From Octopus sinensis (lineage: Eukaryota), in NCBI RefSeq assembly GCF_006345805.1, contig NC_042997.1, positions 37,758,001-37,822,000 of the forward strand: 64,000 nucleotides of DNA, given 5' to 3'. Both the position numbers and the translations under genes were made by a program. Positions 55,269 through 64,000 of this stretch are shown in pieces (the stretch's first letter is position 1; each line of letters begins with the position of its first letter). The notes beneath the pieces are model-generated. The model was not told where the DNA came from. It worked only from the letters and a program-made list of their open reading frames with translations, and did not search any database.

Positions 55269-57934
55269 GTATATTTCTATTATGTTATCATGTATGAAAT
55301 TTGTAGTCAGGTAAATTTTAAAATTTGGTATCTGCTCATTTTGCGCCATTACTATTGACAATCTTTATCTTTTGTTAGATAGCTGACCCATATATTTCTT
55401 TATTCTAATTTATTTTGCTCTGTATAAAGTATTTATAAATAGTTTTTTTTACCTATTTATGTTTAGAGACTAGCTTAAGGTGATCTGCTCTACGCGCAAG
55501 TGAAGGTGTGGTTGTTACTTTCTGTTGCTTCCTTTCTGTTTCTTAAATCTTGCCTTGATTTTCAAAATTTGGAACCCATTTTCCGCGCTTAAATTAGAAA
55601 TCCGTTTCCACTTTACCATGTTGAAAATTTGATTGAAGTCGGGCAAAAGTTGTCCAGTCTAGATCCTCAAGTGTCCCCACTTTTACCGCTAAGCAACCAC
55701 TGTAGCGCCCCAAATCGAGGAAGACAGGCTGATATCCGAAAGACAGAAACGACAAACACTTGTCAAAGTCTGGGTTTTGTTGCCCTTGTAACCACAGTTT
55801 TTGAGATAGGGGTTTCTAACCTAGTCCGGTCGCTTCCTCGCCTCTTTTCACATGTTCTGTCTAACGAAAATATGTTATTAGTAGGCTTAGAATGTTGTGG
55901 ATGTCAGGAATAGCGTACCTTCAATATGTTAGTTCAGCTGTTTTTGATTTGTGTTGCAGTTCGTCAAGAAGGGAATGATTTCTGAGGTGCTTAATATGGA
56001 GAATATTTTTCCCTTCATTTTTTAGCTCTAGGTTTCTTTAGTTATTTCTTTTGCTTTTGTTTAGCAAGTGCTGTCTGAGAACTACTATTCGATATTCGAA
56101 GGCTGTCAGCATTGATACAGAATATGTACTGTCTTCGTCTTTTCTGAGATAGAGCTTGTCAATATAAGTGTCTATGGAAGGTTACAGTTGAATTCCAGAC
56201 CATGTAGATTTTAGTGTTTCTTTTCTGAGTTTCCTCTACAGACCAGCCTAGTATCTGTAGAGCTACTGCAAATACATTGTGGGATATTGTCTCGCTGTAA
56301 AAAGAAAGCTCCGGCCACCATACTTTTGTAAGTTTGATATGATATTTTGAAAGCACAGTATCTTTTCTCAATGCACCTTCGTATATATTTTCAACAAGCC
56401 CTTGGTATTTATTGCATTATTTGTGTGGAACAGGAGATATAGAAATGCCGCTGATGCACAAGTTCTGGGAGACTAATTCTTCTCGTTCAACCATCAAATA
56501 CGAACACTTCTATTTGGCTGAATTCCATTACTATATCAGCTAAAATTATTACTACTACCAACTGATTTACAGTTTTGTAAACAATTTGAGCCTAGCTCTT
56601 TTGGCCATACGTACGTATGTATGTAGGTTTGTATGTATGTATGTATTTATCTATGTATGTATGTTTGTATGTATGTATGTATGTATGTATGTATGCATGT
56701 ATGTATGTATGTATGAATGTATAAATGTATGTATGTGTGTGTATGTATGCATCTACGTATATTTAAGTTTGTTTGCATGTATATAAGGAGAATCGGGAGC
56801 ATTATATGCATTAATTTTTGCCTTTTAATTAAATGATTGTGCAATGTTTTATATTTCTAACAAATTGTCTGATTTGTGGAGAAGGCTGTGAAATATTATA
56901 CCGCAGAGAAATTTGAAGGACGGACAGCCTAAGCTATTCGGCATCATAGAGAGCCCTCATCCAAGCGAAACATTTTATTGTGCGCTGTTAGAGTGTGAGA
57001 TATGGATAATTGAACATTTGAATGAACAAATTTTACAATTCGATGGTAACAGTGTTTTCAGTAACATACGTGTTGTTTTATCTATGCTTTTATTCAGTAG
57101 TAGGGGGAGTGACAACTATTATGATTTGATGAAAATCTATAAATTTGGCATATGAATATATCGAAATATCAGTATGTAACTCTATGTATCCATACATATG
57201 TAGGTTTATATGTATAGATCTACTTATGCATAAATATTAATGTGTATGTGTCTGTGTGCGCATGTATGCGCCCGTGTCTATGTGTGAATGTATGCATATA
57301 AATGTATGATTACTTGTTGTTGTGCGAATGTGTGTTTGTTTGTGCCTGATCTTCCGTGAAACATCAATACTGTCTTGTCATAGATGTTTAATCAGTGTTC
57401 GAGGCTATAAAAGAAAATTTAAAATGTGTCATTCTCTCATGAATTATTAAAACAATCCGGAGTAGCTGAGTGAGAAAAACAGTGCAACAATTTCGATAGA
57501 AAAGTTTCAGTAGTCATATCACAATTGGGTCACCTATTAATATTCGAGATTTTCTCAAGTGTGAGGCTAAAAACAAAAACAAAAACAAAAAAAAAACAAA
57601 TGAAAGTAAAACCATGATAAGAAATATGGTAGACCGTTTCTTTAACTTCAACGTTAAATTATAATGTTTTTAAAGCAGCGAAATAACAAAACCATTACCA
57701 CGCATACCACGGTATTTAAAGCAGTTCTTTATGTCCTCAATTCACATGCCACTGAGGTTGATGTTAGCTTTCGTCTTTTTGTAGACTATAAACGAAGAAT
57801 CAGTCAAGCACTGAAGCCGATATAATTGACTAAATTCATCCCCCTCCCCCCACCCAAATCCAGGCCTTGTGCCTCGAGTAGAAAAAATGTTGTCGAACAA
57901 ATTATTATTATTATCATTATTACTATTATTAATG

Positions 57935-58162
57935 CAGCGAGCTGGCAGAACCGTTAGCGCGCTGGACGAAATGCTTAGCATTATTTCATTCGTTGCTACG
58001 TTCTGAGTTCAAATTTCACCGAGGTCGGCTTTGCTTTTCATCACTTCGGGGTCGATAAATTAAGTAACCGGTGAAGCACTGGATTCGATGTAATTGAAAA
58101 TTCCGCGCCCACAAATTTCCTGTCTAGTGCCTATAGTAGAAATTATTATTATTATTATTATT
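57935..58162 (+). mobile_element. Family A-type SINE with (ATT)n tail; a more degenerate copy lies at about 57680-57895
   Basis: GCGAGCTGGCAGAACCGTTAG, GAGTTCAAATTTCACCGAGGTC and CGGGGTCGATAAATTAAGTA. Confidence 0.8.
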
Positions 58163-58164
58163 AT

Positions 58165-58745
58165 ACACATGCAACAGATTAGACTGTTGGAAAATAAGGA
58201 TTCCTAACGTCGGGCTACAAGTAACCTTAGATGTCAAGAACCCTCCTAAGTATCCAAGCTCTCCCTAATAACACTAATTTCTGGAGCTGTACTAACCTGG
58301 GTTTTATGCCTATTTCCTCTATCCATCTGTTCAAAACTTTAGGGATACTTCTTAATGTACTTATAACTACAGTGACACATTTAACCAGCACTTTCCATAG
58401 TCTCTGTAATCCAATGGCTATGTCCTGGTATTTTGCCATTTTTTATATACCTCTCTTATTAATGTTTTCATCATTTGGGGTTGTTAAGTCTTTGATCTGG
58501 CACTTTCTATTCTTTTTGTCTACTACTACTACTTAATCAGGCGTTCTAGCTCGTACTATTCTGTCAGTCTGAAGGTTAAATTCCCACAACATCTTTTATT
58601 TCGTACTCTCTAGTATTTACTAGGTTCATGTCCATATCATTTATCAGTATGATCAAATCTTAGGTTTCTACATATATCCCAGTAGATTACTCTCATTAGG
58701 TTGTCATGTCTTTTCTTGTACTCTTCTGTGCCAATAGTGCTATTT
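58165..58745 (-). mobile_element. R4/Dong-like LINE 3' fragment (restriction-like endonuclease)
   Basis: YKKRHDNL, LWEFNLQTDRIVRARTPD, KYQDIAIGLQRLW and LQKLVLLGRAWILRRVL. The 3' end abuts a (TAA)n tract. Confidence 0.85.
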
Positions 58746-58789
58746 TTTGTATGTTATATATATTTCTAAGTCCTAATGTTTTTGTTATG

Positions 58790-59620
58790 TATTTGTCTGA
58801 ATTTTTTTTTTAATACCTAATGCGCCCGCTATGATAGGAATTGTTTTTGTTTTTAGATTCCACATTCGAGTTACCTCTATTTCCAGGTCTTTGTATCTTG
58901 AAAGTTTCCCCATTTTTTTAGAGAAAAGTTGTCATCTGTTGGTATTAATATATAAATGAGAAAGCATTTTTTTCTTCATGATCGTGACCATTATATCTGG
59001 CCTATTGTCCTTAATTTCTCTGTGTGTTTTGGCATATCCCGTAGAAGTGTTGCTTTCTCATTTTCTGGAATGTGCTTATACTACCTTTTTCTGTTGTTAT
59101 CACATAGTGTTGGCATAGATTCCAGGGTATGTAGGTCACAACTCTGTTGTGTCTGTGAATATATTCCTTCTTAACCAGGACTGGGCAACCAGAGACAATA
59201 TGATTTATTGTTTCTTGTCCATCTCCACATATTCTCTAGTTATTTGTTATGTTTCTTTTCATTATATGTCTTTGGTAATTTCTGGTGGGGAGGCTTTGGT
59301 CCTGTGCTGCAATTAAAAATCCTTCAGTCTGTGCTTTGAGTCCTGAGCTTCTCAGCCATTGCTGCTATTATGCTTTGTCTATGTCTATTGCGTTTATTTT
59401 AGCCCAGTATTTGCCACGAAGGGGCTTTTCTTGCCATAGTGATCATGATCAGTTGCTGTTCTAGTTTTAGTTTGAATTTCAGTTGTTTTACAGTTTTTGT
59501 TGTTTCTTCTTTTTCTTCATAGTTGTTAGGTAGTATGAATTCTTGCTTGCATTTGTCAGCTTCCTTAAATACTGAAAACATTATTTTTTAATCCTGTTTT
59601 ACGGCTATTTGTATTAGTCT
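58790..59620 (-). mobile_element. Second R4/Dong-like LINE fragment (CCHC knuckle and RLE domain)
   Basis: WLRSSGLKAQTEGFLIAAQDQSLPTRNY, RICGDGQETINHIVSGCPVL, EYIHRHNRV and YKDLEIEVTRMWNL. Flanked by a long (TAA)n tract. Confidence 0.88.
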
Positions 59621-59625
59621 TTGTT

Positions 59626-59628
59626 ATA

Positions 59629-59702
<74 letters not shown>

Positions 59703-59752
59703 CATCATTATTATTATTAGTATTATTATTATTATCATCATCATCATCATCA

Positions 59753-59804
<52 letters not shown>

Positions 59805-59820
59805 GCTGTTGTTGTTGTTG
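59626..59820. repeat. (ATT)n/(ATC)n/(GTT)n trinucleotide microsatellite
   Basis: Direct reading of the sequence. Confidence 0.95.
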
Positions 59821-60631
59821 ATGTTTTTTATCGCTGATGCTGCTGTTGTCGTTACACAATAAGAAATGTGACATAAGATTTATAATAAATGGAGACAGAT
59901 ACTGCTTACTGAATTGAACATTATTTCGACAGCGCAACTGCGTTCTTCGGGAGCAAAAGTGAAAAATGCAAAAAAAAAAATGCAGAATTGCAGAAATTCG
60001 AAATTTCACCCGGAATATCCTGCGTTCTTTTTTTAGACAAAAAGTTGTTGACTATTTTCCATAACTGGTAATAAAGAAAAACAGAATGAGAATAAAGAAG
60101 AAGAAGAAAAACAAACAGAGAAATCGTGATAAAGAATACAGTAAAAAAAAACGACGTTTCAGGAATTGTGATGGAATTCTGGCATTTTGTTTACTTCTGC
60201 AGCTCCTGACGTTAGTAATTCACAAATATGTTTATTCTCACTGGTTTGAAGGCTAAAAGTACACTTCAAGTATTCCTCAGGTTTACAGCTGTTTGATGTA
60301 GAATATTAGGCTTTTGACGTAAATGTACCTAACGTCATATCTCTGCACATTGAACCTTTTATATTAAATTTTCGTTTTGTGCAACCAACATGTATAAACT
60401 TGATTTTAGTACATTCCGCAACGTACACCAAACAGAAATCCTTACAGGTCTCACCGTCTTTATGAATCATAACATTTTTGTTATACTTTCTGATGGATTT
60501 GACTTAGCTCATGTGGTTGCGCAATGAAGAGAACCTTACCGCTGTTGCAGCTTTTTTCGTGGTAAAGCGTTCGGAAACTCTAATGGAGTTTTTATTTGGA
60601 ATAGAAGGCAACGATAAATAGTTTTATTGCA

Positions 60632-61458
60632 TCTATTTACTACATATGTGGGAAATTCTGTGTGTGTGTGTTTTACCGATTTTGATGAAACATAATACGG
60701 GAGTAGAACTTATGTTTAGAAACCTCATGGCATACTCAGATTGTTGAAAAAAATTGATAATAGGGACCCTGGAAGTGATCCTTACATATATCTAATATAT
60801 TTCATTTTAACACCCAAGAGAAATAATCAATTCTCCCAGATTTTAACAGCCAAGGAAAGTAACCCATTCATTTTCCTAAATCATTTAATATAAATCAAAT
60901 TAAGTATTCTTATTTCTTAGTGCTCGCAATTTATTCTGTACAACCCTTAAACAAGTAAATAGTATTTGCCTAATCAATAGAATCACTATACCAACACTAG
61001 CGCCGCTGAGGGTAATATTCATTGGGAGCACACAAAAGCCCTTTTCAGAGTTATTTACATTGAATTGTTATTTTCTCATATCTGATTAGCCTGTTATTAC
61101 GTAATATGCTTCACGATTTTAGTATACATACCTTATTGGTATTTCCTCCTAAGTTCTATATACTCTAGGAACGCATTAAAGCCCTTTTCGGGGCTACTTC
61201 ATTTGAATTCTTACTATCGGGTAACTAATTTCATGTTATTACATAACTGACTTCAGAACTTGGCTATTCATAATTTACTAGGAATTCCTGAAAATCAAGA
61301 TCCTGTGTAAGACAGTTTGGTATTCTCTGTAAATGCACAAATCCGTTTTAAGGGTTACATAATGTATATTGTTGTAAATGGATTAGCGAAACAGTTATGA
61401 GAAGCGAACCAAGGGATAAGCCCCGCTTTCTCGGGAATTACCGGGTACGTCAGCAAGT
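60632..61458 (+). mobile_element. Degenerate non-autonomous Helitron with internal subrepeats of about 145 bp
   Basis: 5' TCTATTTACTA..TGTGTGTG..CCGATTTTGATGAAAC and 3' CTCGGGAATTACCGGG..GCAAGT (degenerate hairpin and CTAG). Subrepeats start at about 61035, 61178 and 61340. Confidence 0.55.
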
Positions 61459-61774
61459 AGTATAAAATAAGCGAACGAAGAAATGAGGATTTAAAAAAAA
61501 AATGTTGGTAACCATCATGCAATATTTTTGAAATGCTACAAAAATTTCGGTGTCAGTTCATCACTGAAGGAATTTGGTTATGAAATTTACCTCGTCTGCT
61601 AAAACTTTGGCGTAATATTTGATTTTCATTGCTAAGTTTAGCTATTCCATTTGTAATTTCATTTAATCGGTTTCTTATAACCCCTATCCCAGGCCAAATC
61701 TCTTTTGTTTCAGAAACTGGGATTCCGTAAAGAACAATGTGATTGTTCCGTATGAACAATGTGATTGTTCATAA

Positions 61775-62160
61775 ATTATTATTTTCAGTGACGTGTTTCC
61801 TCTGACAGATGTTATATCAGCACTATACCAAATGAGCGAGCCACATCCCTTGACCTGATCTCCTTAGCGTCAATCTTTCTCCTTTCACATTCTAAAACCC
61901 TCCTTAGAATTCTTGCTGTTCCTAACAGGGCTGTTTTCTGCAACACTCCGTTCTAGTGGTAATTCTCAGTCTCTGATGCCAAGCATCCAGATTTTTCTAA
62001 CTGCTTCCAGTGCGACAGCCATAATCGGAACCACTTCTACGTACCTGATTCTCCATAGTTCCATGATTCCCCAATTCAGCTGCTGATATTCCTCCGCTTT
62101 CCTTCTCAGTTTGCCTGTGGCAATACCCATAATAATTGGGTTTTTTTCTTTTCTGACACC
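61775..62160 (-). mobile_element. R4/Dong-like LINE 3' fragment
   Basis: KAEEYQQLNWGIMELWRIRYVEVVPIMAVAL and VLQKTALLGTARILRRVL, with a short TAA tail. Confidence 0.8.
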
Positions 62161-64000
62161 AGAGTAGAGAATATTGAAAACCAAACTGTCTTACACAGGA
62201 TCTTGTTTTTCAGGAATTCCTAGTAAATTATGAATAGCCAAGTTCTGAAGTCAGTTATGTAATAACATGAAATATAAACAATACAGCCACGTTAGTAAGA
62301 TTGTAACGTTTCTCCTATCCACATTAGGAGTCGATGCTTTTGGAGTAGCACCTTAACTCCTACACACTTTCATTCGCTCCAGAATTTGCTGAAGGAAAAT
62401 GAATATATTATTTAGCATTTCTACTCCATGAATAATGCATAAGTATCTGCAAGAGACAATATCCGACTTGAGAATCTATTAAAACACCACACAGTTTCTG
62501 CTATGGTACAGCAGAATTAATATGGCGTTAGAAAGTAATGAGAAAGCTCTATCAAGAGGCATTGCTAAAACGTGTAAACAAACAATAAAGAATAAACAAA
62601 CAAGACTTTTTTTTAAATACGCTTCCAATGTATAACAATTAGGGAAAATGACCTAAAAATGTATCCATGCTACAAAGAGGTAAAATAAAATAGTACAAAG
62701 AGTAAATATAGATAAAGTGATCTGACAGAAAAGGAAGGTAAGGTTTATTTTTCCTTCGTACGTTGAAATTTAGCTACACAAAAAGAACATGAACATCCAG
62801 CCCAGAACCGATTATATGCAGGGTATATGGTATAGGAATAGAAACATAACTGGTGATAATAGATGGATTGCAAATGGTAAAGGGGTAGAATATTTTTAAA
62901 ATTAAAATCATACCCGCGTCTGTAACATTATGCAGAGTCTAAAATTATTTTTACACAGAACACACACTTTTATGCATATAGTATTATACTAGTAACAAAA
63001 GTCATACATGAGGAATAAGAAAAATATTTTCCCAATGCTATAATGCAGCACAGAGAGAATGAATGCACTACAATTCCAATTCACAGAAGACAAATTGAAC
63101 CTAACAAATAAATGGGATACTAAATTACTACAAGGCGAAAGGAAGCATACAACACAGCAACGGTAAATTTTATATCACATTCCATCACTCTACCACACGA
63201 ATAAAAGACAATGCATTCTATACATCAAATACACAGTGACGGTATAAACATATCTTTCGATCATACGTGCGTGGTTGTATTTGTGGATGCGTTTGCCAGT
63301 TTTGTTCGTGGGTGTGGTGGAAACAGTTGCAATCATGTTGATATTGCATGCGGGGTGGGAGGAAGAAATTTCTGCCTTCACATGGAGACTCCAGGAATTA
63401 ATTTTAGGCCGTTATTTTTTTATTTTATTTTTTTGTATTTCTCTCTTCTTCATTGCACAAAGCCAGACATTTTTGTGGCACTGTAGTTATTCCTAGTGTC
63501 GTAGTTATCTCTACTATTGTTATTATTTCTAGATTTATTGCCCAACATTTTGCTGGCAACTGTTATGAATTTTATTAAATACTTTGGCATTTTCACCGCT
63601 TTGACTTTTTTGCTGATATAAATATTTTTGGTTGCATCTCCCCCTATCGCTCTTCATGTTTGTAGCTTAGACTTTCAATACGTTTTTCACATCCTTTCTG
63701 CATTGCATTATCACTCTTCGTCTTCTTCATGTTATGTTGTTTGTATTACGGATGTTGATTTAGTCTCTTCTCCTAGTATTGTTCCTAGTTTCACAGATTA
63801 TATTGCAGCACAAGTATCAATGTAAACGTTGATTTAATTCATTTATACTACTAACACGTTTTCTCTAATACCTGGGATTAAATATTTGTTATTCTCTGAA
63901 GTCAAATTCACTGAGGCGTTTGACAGTTTAAACGTCAAAGGTACGACCATGGCTGCTTTCTACAGCACGACTCTTGTTTATCTTCAACAGTGCTCCTGAC

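Noticed and set aside
55300-56400. Possible Penelope ORF N-terminal remnant on the minus strand
   Set aside because: The resemblance is faint and I found no diagnostic motif. A tBLASTn or HMM search is needed.

Overview
AT-rich, microsatellite-dense eukaryotic DNA. I found no host protein-coding exon I can support, so it is probably intronic or intergenic. The SINE families and repeat landscape look like Octopus (coleoid cephalopod) DNA, which is an inference. Most of the supplied ORF track is translation of (TA)n, (CA)n, (TATG)n, (GATA)n and (ATT)n repeats. The real content is transposon debris: three tRNA-derived SINE families, RTE and R4/Dong-type LINE remnants, a Penelope GIY-YIG remnant, Tc1/mariner remnants, hAT and piggyBac MITEs, and non-autonomous Helitrons. 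The most striking unexplained signal is a set of short non-coding elements from several families, embedded in (TA)n tracts and carrying type I hammerhead ribozyme motifs (about 10 complete or nearly complete, plus partial ones). Several are a monomer of about 340-600 bp plus a terminal redundancy, the layout expected for retrozyme-like or Penelope-mobilised circular RNAs. All ribozyme folds were read by eye and are untested.
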